From contig NW_027361797.1 in NCBI RefSeq assembly GCF_039654945.1, positions 5,890,001 through 5,954,000 on the forward strand: a DNA stretch of 64,000 nucleotides, written 5' to 3'. The notes under the pieces are model-generated. The model did no database searches and was not told the origin of the DNA. It saw only the letters and a list, made by a program, of their open reading frames with translations. A program made the translations under genes and the position numbers. This stretch comes from Dendrobates tinctorius (Eukaryota). The first letter of the stretch is position 1. Each line of letters starts with the position of its first letter. Shown here piece by piece: positions 52,316 through 64,000 of the stretch.

Positions 52316-55300
52316 TGAGCACCCCGCGGGGCCTGGGGGTACTCGGTACCAGGCCCGTCGACTTCAATGGGGGACGGTGTCACGGCGGCGGCGACCCGGT
52401 CCGTGGCCCAGAGGCATCCAGTAAATGGAATAGGGGAAAGTTGTGTGGTATTTTTGTGGTAAAAATAAATGAAAATAAAGTTATTAGATGGTGAAATACG
52501 TGACGCCACCTGTGGTATTCTAGTCAGAGGTGACCAGCGCTGCGGTGTTGCTTCTCTGGGATGGATGTTGGGCGCAGCTGTGATGTTGTAGCCCTCTACA
52601 GGTAGGGCTGTAGTCCCAGGGCAAAGATGTTAAATAAATAGTACAAATGGCTGTAAATGTTGGGGTGCAGATAAATGAAAGAAACAGAGAGGTGCAGTTT
52701 CTTTACCTTTTACTGGTAATAGGTTGCAGTCCGGAGTACCACATACAGGTGATGGAATGAGTCCGGCTTGCCTGGAGGCATTCAGGGGATCCACCTTGCC
52801 AGGTGGGGATTTAGGACCTTCCTTTCTGCGCTTTTTGTGTGGGTCTCCGCTGTATATAACTATGCTGCAACCCTCTATTCGTGATGGTTTCACTAACCTG
52901 TATGGCTGTCAGCGTGAGCCTATTCCACGGGTACCGTCCTTTTCACCGTCGACACCGGGCTCCTTATCTGCTGATGTGCCCTCAGGTGTTCAATGTGCAC
53001 AGGAATTTACAATCCCATGTGCTTTCAGATTCAACTATCAGGGCATACAGTTACTGTCAGCCTAGGACTCTGATGTCCCTTTTCCTCTATTAGCGTTTCA
53101 CTCAGGGGTCTGCTATATACAGTATTTTAGCTTCCCCAGAGTCTCTCAGTCTCTGCTCTTGTACTATTCCTTCTTCACAGATCAGCTCCCTGTCTTCAGC
53201 TGACAGGATCTTCCAGAAAGATCCGTTTACCTCACGTCTTCACGTTTAACTGTCATCTTTTCCTCACAGCTCACAGCTGCTTCGTTTCCATGACAACCCC
53301 CTCAGCTGATTTCTAGCTGACTCACCAACCCCCTCTGCTGGCCAGAATTTAAAAGGCATCTCCCTTTTCTGACTTGAGGCAGGAAATTGTGATTAAATTT
53401 ATTACCTGGCATGGGGGGCCCCTTTCTGCCTCCAAGCATGACTTCACCTCTTAGAGGGAGGCGATGTCACTGTGACAACCAGACTGTAGGGTGTCACATT
53501 CCTCCCCAGTTAAGTTCAGTACTCCTGGACTGAGGAAACATAACAAGAATTGTTAACAACAAAAATTAATGGAAATCTACAAAGTCTTAAAAATGTAAAA
53601 ATTATCAAAAACCAGACAAGAGAAAGAAAACAATAGCACAGTTACTGCAGCGACCAGTCCTTACGCTGCTGTCCAGGAATTGTCTTTGTGCTTGTACCTG
53701 GAGTTTAGTTGGTGAGAACCACCTTAACCCACTTTGTGTGTCAACCCTGGGTGTGGCTACAGGGCACTCTGTAGATGGGCCTGTTTTTCGGCCATGCCGG
53801 CGGCTTATTTCCAAGGCCTTTTTGGAGTAACTATTTACAGTACAAATACAGTCCTGACCACACATAGTCCTGTGGCCCAATTGTCCTTTAACTGGTTATA
53901 GCGAAAACTTAAAAAAAAAGGTTCTTACAGTAAGTCTCTGTAGGCTCTCATGCTTAGCAGTTACTACTATACATTCTTATTACTTTATTTACATTATGTA
54001 ATCTCTGTAACGGGCAAGGATTTGACCTCTTGTACTATGAGTGGATCTATGCAGTATAGGTATTTCTGATTGCCTGACCTGTTCTCTGATGTCTACTGTT
54101 GGTGCATTAGTCACTATGCTATATGTAGACTTGTGTAAGATAGGTATTATAGACTGCCTTCTCTCTACTCCTAGACTCACCATGAGATTGTCAGATTCGC
54201 TGTTAGCAGGGGACAGATTTCCGCATTCCTCTGCAGATGTGGTATCTGTCACTGGAGCCATTTCATTTAGACTCTCTTCTTTATCTGGTGCAGTAGGCTG
54301 ATGAAAGGTTAGTACTGGTACTACTATTGCCTGATTTACTTGTGTCCATGTCCGAGGAAATTCTCCAAGTATAGCTTAAATCTTTTCTTCCACCTCTACT
54401 ATGGGCTGTGGAGTGTCTTGGACTTCTTTCTTGTCCTTCAATTGATCAGGGCACATCTTTAGATGATCTCTTGAGACTGCTTCGAAGGGTTCTCCTCCAT
54501 CTTTGCTGTTGATACATACTTTGGTGTTATTAAAGTCTGAAGGTATCACAGTGTATGGCTCTGCTTCCCACTGGTCATCTAGTTTGTGAACACGTTTCTT
54601 TCTTTTAAGTACTTGTTCTCCTGGTGTTAAGGGAACTGCAGGTGCGTTTTGATTGTAATTTCTTTCCTGCCTCTGTCTTGCTTGGGACAAACTTTTCTCC
54701 ACACATTCTTGCACTTTGCGGTATTGTTGCTTGCACTTGATGGTGAAGTCGTAGTTGGACAGCCGGGCCATCCATCGCTGCTCAAGTGCCCCGAGCTTTG
54801 CCGTTTCAAGTTGGGTTAGCGGATTATTGTCCGTGTAGATGGTGAACTTTGCGGAAGCCAAATAGTGCTTGAAGCGCTCTGTTACCGCCCAGACTATGAC
54901 AAGGAACTCCAGCTTAAAGGCCTTTATGGGCAGCACGGTGGCTCAGTGGATAGCACTGCAGCCTTGCAGCGCTGGAGTCCTAGGTTCGAATCCCACCAAG
55001 GACAACATCTCCAAGGAGTTTGTATGTTCTCCCCGTGTTTGCATGGGTTTCCTCCAGGCACTCCGGTTTCCTCCCACACTCCAAAGACATACTGATAGGG
55101 ATTTTAGATTGTGAGCCCCATTAGGGCCAGTGATGAAAATGTGTGCAAACTGTAAAGCGCTGCGGAATATGTTAGCGCTATATAAAAATAAAAGATTAAA
55201 AGATTATTATAGATTAAAGGAACTGTAGTTGTCGGGGTTTCTCTCAGTGGGACGAAGCTTCCTGCTGGCATAGGCAATCACTCTCTCTCTGCCTTTCTGC

Positions 55301-58300
55301 ACTTGTGACAGCACTGCTCCCAATCCCACATTGCTGGCGTCAGTGTAAAGTACAAATGGTTGGTCATAGTCAGGGTAGGCCAGGACCTCATCTCCTGTGA
55401 GGGCCAATTTCAACTTGGTGAAGGACTCTTCTATCCTTTTCTTCTACTCGAACGGAAGATTTTTGCTCTTGGCCTTCTTGGATTGGCCCACTAGAAGATC
55501 TTGCAGCTGTGCTGCTATCTTGGTGAAGTTCTTGATAAATCTTCGGTAGTAGCCTACTAACCCAAGAAATTGCCTCACTTCATGGATAGTGCTGGGTCTT
55601 TTCCAGTCCCGGATAATGGTGACTTTGTCAGGATCGGGTGCCACACCTTCCGCGCTCACAACATGGCCTAGGTACTGCACCTTGGGTTTCAAAAGGTGAC
55701 ATTTGGACGGTTTTATTTTCAGGCCAAAGTTTGAGAGGGTTTCGAATACCTCGGCTAGGTGCTTCAAATGGTCTTCGTAGGTTTTGGAGAAGACGATGAT
55801 GTCATCCAGGTACAGCAGAACGGTTTCAAAGTTTTTATGTCCAAGGCAGCATTCCATTAACCACTGAAATGTTCCTGGTTCATTCCTGAGCCCGAACGGC
55901 ATGTAGTTAAATTCGCAGAGGCCCATTGGTGTTGTAAACGCTGTCTTCTCTTTGTCTGCTTCTTCCACAGGAACCTGCCAATACCTTCTGGTGAGATCTA
56001 AGGTAGAGAAATAATTGCGGTTCTCAGTGCAGCTAGTGATTCCTCAATTCTAGGCAATAGGTACGCGTCTTTATGTGTAATGCTGTTAAGCCGCCTGTAG
56101 TCTAAACACATTCTCATAGTACCATCTTTCTTCTTAACGAGGACTAATGGAGCTGCCCAGGGGCTGCAACTAGCTCTGATTACCCCAGCCTCCTTCATCT
56201 CTCGTAAGATACTCTTGGCACATTGGTAGTGTGCTGGGGGTACAGGCCGGTGTCTCTCTTTAATGGGTGGATGATCTCCGGTGGGGATATGATGTTGAAC
56301 CCCTTTTACCTGCCCAAAATCTAGAGGATGCTTGCTGAAGACCCGTTCAAATTCTCGAGCTACCCGGTAAGCCCCATGCTTTTGGTGTGAAGGGGTGGAG
56401 TCAGTGCCTACGTGAAGCTGCTGACACCAATCCTCCTGTTGCCTTTCAGAGCCATTCTCTTCCACCTTGTCAGATGGAAGCAATGGTTCTAGTGCCTCTA
56501 TTGCATTGTTACTGACGGTGCACAATTTAGCAAGGGTGGCATACCGGGGTAACTGGACCTCTCTCTCCCCATAATTTAAGATGCATATTGGTACTCTCCC
56601 CTTGTGGACATCAACTACCCCTCTGGCTGTCAGGATAGTGGGCCTACAATCAGAGTACATGGGTTCTACCAGGGCTTGGTAATCTTGAACCCTTAGGCCT
56701 ATTGCTGCTCGACACCAAATTAACATTTCACTTCTGGGAGGTACAGCAATGGGGAAAGGATCACTTACTCTGACACTGCCGACTTCTCCACCAGACAGCT
56801 CTACCTGTCTCTGCATTAGGGCTCTGATCTCCTTTTGCTGGACCCGCTGCTGACTGGAGCTGGCGGTCTCAGGTACCTGTTGTAACAAAGCAATCATTTC
56901 TCCAAGACAATTTTCAATTACGTCAGTGCCTAAAGTGATCATAGGATGGCATTCTCGTTTGTCAATATCAACTATTATCAAACCTTTGCATTTGCAATTC
57001 TACTCGGCCAATCTTGATGGTCTACTCTTTATATCCCATCTGAGGCAAGGGCTGACCATTGCTGGCAATAATGACAAGGTCTTTATCTGGGCTGTGAGTA
57101 ATGTCTGAATCTGCCCAGTACTGCTTAAAAAGAACATATGGCATCGTTGTCACCTGGGAACTGCTGTCCAGTAAAGCGTTCATCGGAAAACCGTCAATCA
57201 CGACAGGCAAGACTGGTCGACCTCCTACGTACTTGTCTCGCCAATTTGGTGGGCCCGGTGATCTTACTCCTGGGGGTTGGCCCTTTGCCCCAGGGGTTGC
57301 TTGTTTAAATTACAGTATCTTGCTAGATGTCCTTGTTGCAGCGGCGACAGATGGACTGTCTGTCCTCGTCGTAACAATAGCTGTCTCTCCCTCTGGTCTG
57401 TGGGATCCTCTTCTGCTGTCGCCACGGGATGTTTTCTGGACTGGAGACCAGCTGGATCTTCTTCTTTGGAATCACTTGCAGGGACTGCACAGTTTTTGTG
57501 AGTGTAGCCACACTTTTGGTTAGTTACTTTACTTGGAGACATAAGTCTGCAGCAGAATCATCATCTTGGGACAGCTTGTCAGTCTCAATAGGGGTCTTTG
57601 GAAAGGATGCTGCCTCCTGCTGGTATGTAATTGCAGGATGTTGAGAGGGCTCTGTGCTGCTAGGGTTCGGTTCACGCAGCACTCTGATGGCTCTATCCTT
57701 AAAGTGTGCAAAATCCAATTCAGGATTTTGTAGGGCCATTATACGCAGCTGTGTCCTTTGGTTGTTAGACTGGAGTCCCTCTATGAACTGCTCTGTTAAT
57801 AATCTATCTTCATCTTGCACGCTCTCAGGATCAACCTGCTTTACATCCCATAGTGCCTCCTGAAGATTAAGGGCATAGTCCCTTATACTGTTCTGCACTC
57901 TCTGTTTGCACCCAAAAAATCTCATTTTTATCTCTGTTGCATTGCGGGTATCAAAAGTGTCTTTCAGTCTGGCTAAGACTTGTTTGACAGTTCCTTTATC
58001 AGTGTCCGGCCAGGACTTTACTTCCCTCTGAGCTGCACCAGTTAACTGGCCAATGAGGATACTGACTTTTTGTCTTTCTGACAGGGGGTACACTTTGAAC
58101 AAACTACATAGTCTTTCTTTAAAATCGCTCAGGGTGTGCGACTCCCCTGAGTACTGTGGTAACGAGGCTGCTCCTGGTATATATGGCATTGATAGCGGCA
58201 TTATTGAGGATGCAGCTGCGACCGCCACTGAATCTTCACCCGAGTTGAGCATTTTATTCCTGCTTTTTCACTTGCTCACTAACGTCAGAGCATGGGCAGG
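52316..58300 (-). mobile_element. Ty3/Gypsy retrotransposon, degraded; 3' LTR present, 5' LTR lost
   Basis: The LTR (52316-53498) ends GGGTGTCACA next to a PPT (TTCCTCCCC on +). Gag is at 57524-58252 with a CCHC at ~57330, followed by PR LLDSSS, RT YLDD (55444-55968) and RNase H TDASNVGLGAVL. The integrase core is deleted. Confidence 0.88.
54928..55210 (+). mobile_element. tRNA-derived V-SINE with an L2-type 3' tail, inserted in the Gypsy RNase H
   Basis: A box TGGCTCAGTGG (54939), B box GGTTCGAATCCC (54983), V-domain GGAGTTTGTATGTTCTCCCCGTG...CTCCGGTTTCCTCCCAC, and TSD TTAAAGG. Confidence 0.9.
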
Positions 58301-58613
58301 GGCTTTGCATCGAGAGAAGCCGTATGGGGCCCATAGCCTCACTGGGAGGCTAACATGACAGGGTATAGTGGGAGTAAGGAAGCGTACAGGACCTGAGCTA
58401 GCAGAAGGGTTAATCTACTTAGGAGGCGGGTTTGTGGAGTTGGGAGTTTTGGTTTAGCCTGGTAGAAGGAATGAGGAGGGGTTAAATTGTAAAAGGGGGT
58501 GGGCTTATGGAAGGGGGGTGGAGGACCAGTATATAGGTTCCGGCCATTTTAGTTTGGGTACCATTTTAGGTACCTTGGCTGAGAGGAAGAAGCTATTTGT
58601 GGTACCTGACATT

Positions 58614-60595
58614 ATGGACGTGGAGTCCTTGTTGCAACGGCTGCGTGAGGTGGCGGTCTCACAGGGGACAGGCTGGCTGCAGGCTTCGGTGGACAGCCTG
58701 CTGCAAGGGTCGGCGACCAGAGCTTCCCTGGTTCCTGAGAGTGGACGCTGGCCTTGGAGGTCACGAGGTCGCACCCAGGGCCCGGCGCCGTGTTAGGAGC
58801 CCCTCTAGGGACCCTCCGGTAACGAGCGCTTGACGCAGGCCTGCGGTTCCACCTCAGAATGCCGGGAGGAATCCTTCTGATCGGCATGGCCTACAGCGGG
58901 GGGGAGGAGTCGGCCTCCCTCCCAGCATCTGCGAGACATCGGTGGTTCTCTGGAGCCGGAGCGGCGGGCTCCTGTGTGAGAGTGGAGCCTGCTCGGCGTG
59001 GAAGAGGCAGGGAGGTGAGACAGTTGGGGCCTCAACGGGCGGTCCCTCAGCGCATGGAGAGCGGCGGCCAGTCACGGTCTGTGGCTGGCTCAGGCAGCGA
59101 CGCTCTGCACCCAGCGGTGCAGGAGTTAGGGAGTCAGCTCGGTGGTGGTTCGGGGGCTGGGGAGCCCGGGATACAGTCAGGAGGAGGCGGGCAGCCGGCA
59201 GCTGCCTCGGTCTGCGCTCATTCCAGCCTGTCAGCAGAAAGCACAGGCAGTTACCGATATGGGCAGCCGGACGCTGGCCTGCTACAGCCACCAACACCTT
59301 CATCAGCAGCTCCGGGGGTCCCTGGCTCGGTAGTGGATGCGGCTATGGGGGACGGCCGGCTGCTGCCAGGTCGGGGAGTCTCAGGAGCTGCAGGATCATC
59401 TCTGGACCAGCTCAGGAGCGGACCTGCACATGGCCCTTCATCCCTGGATTCTGGACCTTCGGCTGCTGGGCTCACAGCACCCAGGCAGCTAGGTGAGAAT
59501 GCTAATCTTTATCCTTTTCATTCCTATTTAGCTTCCCCTGAATCTAGAGGGCAGGAGGGCTATTGTGGGGGTCGTGCTGGGGGAGCTGGTTTGATTTTGC
59601 ATGGCTTGAGGGAATTGGCCTTGATGTGGGGGTCAGGGGGGTGGTATACAGCTAACTCGCCTTCAGCAGCGTGGGTAGGTGGTCCCAATACACCGGTGGG
59701 TCTTACGGATATGTCAGTGGTGTCAGATAGTTTAGGGGATGCGCGTGCGGGAACTCATGCGGCTTCTGGTGATGGCAGTGAAGCGGCAGGGAGTCGTCTT
59801 CGGGCTGAGGAGCCATCGGTGGTGGCGGAGACTGCCAGCGAGAAACATAAGGAGTCTGAGGTGCGCTTGGATGACGCTGCTAAAGGGGAGGTGTATGTGT
59901 GCTTTGAGAGTCCATTGGGGGCTCACTTGAAGCAGGAGATGAGGGAAAAAATATGGAAAGGGGAGTATGTTGAGATATTTTCATTATTACCACTGGAACG
60001 TTTCAATTTGGACAGGCAGAGGAAAGATGATTTTAAAAAGGATGAGGAAGAAAGGAGGAGGTATCGCTTGATACCCAGGACCTTCCCTAATTGGTTACAA
60101 GCATTTGCTATTTTAGCCAGCATTATTGGGGAAAAGGCCCCGGAGAATTGTGCAGGCCTATTTTGTTATATGGACGCGATTGTGGAGGCGTATCGGGTTT
60201 ATGGGGGTCAGGGTTGGCTGCGTTATGACGAGCAATTTCGTCAACGGAAAGGAGTTCACCCCAATATACGGTGGGATCATAAGGACATCGCTCTTTGGAT
60301 GAAGGTAATGGTTCCGTCTAGGTTGGGGTCTGGTAGTCAGCCCTTTCAGGGGGGAACCGGGGGTTTCGGGCAGTCAGGACACTCAGTTGCTATGCAGAGA
60401 GGGCTGTGCTTTGCATTTAACGAAGGGACATGTAAATTCGGGAGTAAATGCAAGTTTAAGCATGAATGTGTAGCCTGTGGGGGCTCTCACGGCGCAGTTA
60501 AATGTTTTAGGAATTCCAGAGCAAAGGGCGGTGACAATGTTGAAAAGAGGGGAGACACCAGTGTGGCTGGACGCGATGGCGGGTTTCCTAAGTAG
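58614..60595 (+). pseudogene. Ngaro ORF1 (Gag-like, CCCH zinc finger), frameshifted near 58770-58830
   Basis: MDVESLLQRLRE...; EKIWKGEYVEIFSLL, WLQAFAILAS, WLRYDEQFRQR, CFAFNEGTCKFGSKCKFKHEC. Confidence 0.8.
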
Positions 60596-62061
60596 GTACC
60601 CGGATGCTGCTGCTGCAAGCTTGTTGTACGAAGGTTTTAGGGATGGTTTTAAGATCCCTTTTGTTGACCAAGAAATACGTTTGAGTACAAAAAATTTGAA
60701 GTCGGCATTACAATATCCGGAGGTGGTGTCTGATAAGTTAGGAAAAGAAGTTAGTTTGGGCAGGATGGCGGACCCGTTTGCTGAAGTACCACTTAATAAT
60801 TTGAGGGTTTCACCACTTGGTGTGGTCCCTAAAAAAGAGCCCAACAAGTTCAGGCTTATTCATCACTTATCTTTTCCTAAAGGATCATCGGATAACGACG
60901 GGATTGATCCACAGTTGTGCTCAGTACTGTACACGTCCTTTGATGCGGCCATGGATTGGGTTTGGTTGTGTGGCAAGGGAGCATTGTTGGCAAAGACGGA
61001 TATTGAGGCCGCGTTTCATTTGTTGCCTGTTCATCGTGATAGTTTGCACCTACTAGGTTGTTTCTGGGATGGCAGCTTTTCCGTGGACCGTTGTCTTCCA
61101 ATGGGTTGTTCGCTTTCGTGCGCATACTTTGAAACTTTCAGTACGTTTTTGGAATGGGTTGTTAAAGACGTCTTGGGCTTGAGCTTTTGCATTCATTATC
61201 TTGACGACTTTTTGCTTGTTGGCCCTGCTAACGCGTCAGATTGTTCTTTGCTGTTTCATACTATGGAAAGCGTGTCTAAAAGGTTTGGGGTTCCGTTGGT
61301 GGCTGAAAAAAACTGTTGGGCCATTGTCAGTGTTGAGTTTCCTGGGCATTGAAATCGATACCATGGCTATGGAATGCAGATTGCCCTCTGATAAATTGAT
61401 TGCATTGTATGAGGAAGTCTCGAGGGCCCAAGGTTCTCAAAAAATTATGCTATGAATTTTACAATCGTTGCTGGGCAAGCTGAATTTTGCATGTAGAATA
61501 ATGCCGATGGGTCGTGCATTTTGTAGATGTTTGTCACTGGCGACAGTGGGGGTGAAATCCCCTGTCCATTTTGTTAGACTCAAAAAAGAATTGAAAAATG
61601 ATTTGAAAGTATGGTCTCGTTTTCTCGAGGAGTACAATGGCAGATCTATTTGGATTCAACCAGTGACAGATGCTGAAGTGCTCGGTTTTCTCCTTGACAG
61701 CGATTCGAGGCGAGGTTTTAGTTTGTACTTTCGTGGAAAATGGGTGGTGGCGAGTTGGCCGAATGCGTGGATTGAACTTGGCTTATTGGCGAACCGGATT
61801 TTGGTGCACCTATTCCCAATTGTAGTGGCTTTGGCTTTGTGGGGAGAGGAAGTTAAGAATTCAAAGATTAATTTCTCATGCGAGCTACCGGGAGTGGCGA
61901 CGGCGATAAATGCTTTATCTGCTGATACCCCAGCAGTGGTAAAAGTGTTGCAGCATTTGGTTTTTGTGGGTTTATCGTTTAATCTATGGATCGTATCTGA
62001 GGTAAAGGCGAGTCCGCGTAATCCTATCATTGATGCTCTTTCTCTTTCACAGTGGGATTGA
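60477..62061 (+). pseudogene. Ngaro reverse transcriptase / RNase H, frameshifted
   Basis: SPLGVVPKK, FRLIHHLS, KTDIEAAF, LPMGCS, HYLDDF. A frameshift falls in the A-run at ~61306. RNase H: LFPIVVALALWG..IDALS. Confidence 0.9.
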
Positions 62062-62117
62062 TTTCGGGAGCTGGCGCCACATGCGGAACCGGTGAGCCGG
62101 GAATGTCCAATGGAATT

Positions 62118-63011
62118 ATGGAATCTTCCTTGCGGGCAGTGAGGGATTTGCTTTCTAGATCATTGTCAGACAGGTCATGGAAGCAATACGGAAAGGCATT
62201 GAACATGTGGGACGGTTGGGGTTCATCATTTGGGGATTTTATGGATGGTGAGAGTAAACTAGTTTTTTATTGGGTCATTGTTGGGAGTCAGGTTGGTCGG
62301 TGTCTATGGTAAATAAATTCGTGGCTGGCCTTGGTTTTGCTTTTAAGTCAAAGGGCACAAAGGATTTGACTAAATCCTTTTTGGTGCGTCAGGTATTAAG
62401 GGGTTGGAGGAAGGGTTGGAGATCAGCAGACACTAGGAGGCCAGTTTCGTACGAGATTCTGCTGAGTATTGGTCAACATTTGACACAAGTGTGTTATTCG
62501 AGTTGGGAAGTGGAATTATTTAAGGCGGCTTTTGCTCTAGCTCTTTTCAGGGCCTTTCACCTGGGGGAACTGGTAAGTCCGTCTAGGTACAAAAAGGGGG
62601 GGTGCTGAGGGAAGAAGTGGACGTGTTTGAGGATAGAGTGGTGGTATTTTTACGTTCGTCAAAACAGACGTTACGGGGAGGGGATGCAAGGTGGTTTTGT
62701 TCGCAGTCCCTGGTTCACCTTTGTGTCCAGTGGCTTGTGTGAGGAACTTTATGGGTAGGGGAGGAATCCCGCAGGATCCGCTGTTGGTACATGCCGATGG
62801 TTCATTGTTATCTCGGTTTCAGTTCGTGGCAATATTTCGTCGCTGTTTGGAGTTGAGAGGTTTATCGGCAATGAATTATAGTGGTCATTCTTTTCAAAGC
62901 GGGGCAGCCATGGAGGCAGCTAGACGGGGCCTCGGTGACGAGGTGGTTAAAAGGATCGGACGGTGGGAATCGGCTAGATTTCGGTCTTATGTTCGCCCGA
63001 ATTTGGTTTAG
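62118..63011 (+). pseudogene. Tyrosine recombinase, frameshifted
   Basis: DTRRPVS, AF(R>H)LGEL, CPVA, GHSF(R>Q)SGAA, IGRWES..FRSY. Confidence 0.88.
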
Positions 63012-63077
63012 TGTGGGCGGTCGTCATCTTGTTAGGTTGGGTTTAAATTTGTTGGTGTTTTTTCTGCTTTATTGCAG

Positions 63078-63544
63078 GGCTTGGTCAACCTCTCGCTTGG
63101 CTAATGGGCCATTCATATGTGTTCTGGGTGGCAATTCGAGCAGCGGTTCGGCCAGATGGGCGTCAATTAGGCTTCCCTCGTGAGACAGTGGTTCTGCATT
63201 GAATCGGAAAGAGGGGGATGGTGTGGAGGCAGTTTCTTCCGGAATTTCATCGTTTTGCCCATCTGTACCGTGCTCCTAATGTTGTCATTCATTTGGGTGG
63301 TAATGACCTGGGTTCGAGGCCGTGTAGGGAGTTGATTAAGGATATAAAATTTGACATGTTAAGGCTGTGGGCTGAATTCCCGAAGGTGGTGGTTATTTGG
63401 TCGGACATTGTTTTTCGTAAAGTTTGGAGCGGAGCTCGGTCGGTAGAAGGGGTAAACAGGGCAAGGATAAAGGTGAATAAGGCCATATCTCATTTCATGG
63501 CGAGGAATGGGGCCGTGGTGGTTCGCCATTCATACTCAAAATGA
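63078..63544 (+). pseudogene. SGNH/GDSL-type hydrolase exon, truncated
   Basis: After a strong acceptor the frame reads WLMGHSYVFW (block I), H*IGKRGMVW (block II Gly, one stop) and VIHLGGNDLG (block III), then NKAI. Block V (DxxH) is lost with the truncation at ~63535. Confidence 0.8.
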
Positions 63545-63694
63545 GTATGTTCTAATATATTTGATGCAATTGTTTTTTTTCACTTGAAAAGAATGCTAGT
63601 CCAGCTGTGAAACGCATTGTGGAAATAAAAACCATTCAACACATCTTAGTCCTAAGGATTCCTCATTACAGGAGCGCAGCCTGATAACGTGTAA

Positions 63695-63889
63695 GGCCAG
63701 AGTCACACTACAGCGAGATACGGCCGAGTCTCGCAGGTTAAAACCAAGCTCTGGCACCGGCACTCCAGAGCAGAGCGTGCAGCTCCATGTATTGCTGTGC
63801 GGCTGCACGCTCCGCTCCGGGGTGCCGGCGCCAGAGCTTGGTTTTAACCTGCGAGACTCGGCCGTATCTCTCTGTGTTTGATCCTGGCC
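63695..63889. mobile_element. Palindromic Harbinger-type MITE (~195 bp)
   Basis: TAA|GGCCAG...CTGGCC|TTA with an almost perfect internal palindrome. Confidence 0.8.
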
Positions 63890-64000
63890 TTAAAGTCAAA
63901 ATTAGTAAACTGTTTTGGAGGAGATCATCCCCCAGCCACGAGGCAGCAGCAGCTGATTTCTCCAGGTGTCCATAAGAGTTGTTCATGCATACAACCTGCT

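Larger units (their letters stand above)
58310..63535 (+). mobile_element. Ngaro-like (DIRS order) tyrosine-recombinase retrotransposon, 3'-truncated
   Basis: Gag with a CCCH finger, overlapping RT/RNase H, YR and then an SGNH hydrolase. No DNA methyltransferase ORF of the DIRS1 type is present. Confidence 0.88.

Noticed and set aside
54928-55000. tRNA gene
   Set aside because: The A and B boxes belong to a SINE head followed by a V-domain and a LINE tail.

Overview
This is eukaryotic, repeat-saturated DNA. The element families suggest a frog (anuran) genome, which is an inference. I see no recognisable host gene, CRISPR array or prokaryotic feature. From left to right the window holds: (1) the end of a PIF/Harbinger transposon carrying an apparently intact, multi-exon MADF(Myb/SANT)-BESS gene that the ORF track misses; (2) degraded hAT pieces; (3) a 4.7-kb foldback hAT derivative with a Tc1 (DD34E) element inside it; (4) a solo LTR nested in a related solo LTR, with a CR1 inside both; (5) a ~9-kb hAT element with a transposase pseudogene whose 3' region carries a long hairpin, tandem arrays, a Gypsy integrase fragment and a degraded antisense 18S rRNA fragment; (6) a 53-bp satellite, an L1 fragment and a CR1 nested in a CR1; (7) a templated 1.13-kb duplication; (8) a non-autonomous Helitron; (9) a young, full-length Gmr1-like Gypsy element (PR-IN-RT-RH order); (10) an L2, a Penelope fragment and several MITEs; (11) a deleted Gypsy element carrying a V-SINE; (12) an Ngaro-like tyrosine-recombinase retrotransposon. 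In the last element, a splice donor inside gag and an acceptor after the recombinase join Gag-N in frame to an SGNH hydrolase. That predicted fusion and the 18S-carrying hAT are the best candidates for novel biology. All family assignments come from motif recognition by eye, not from database searches.
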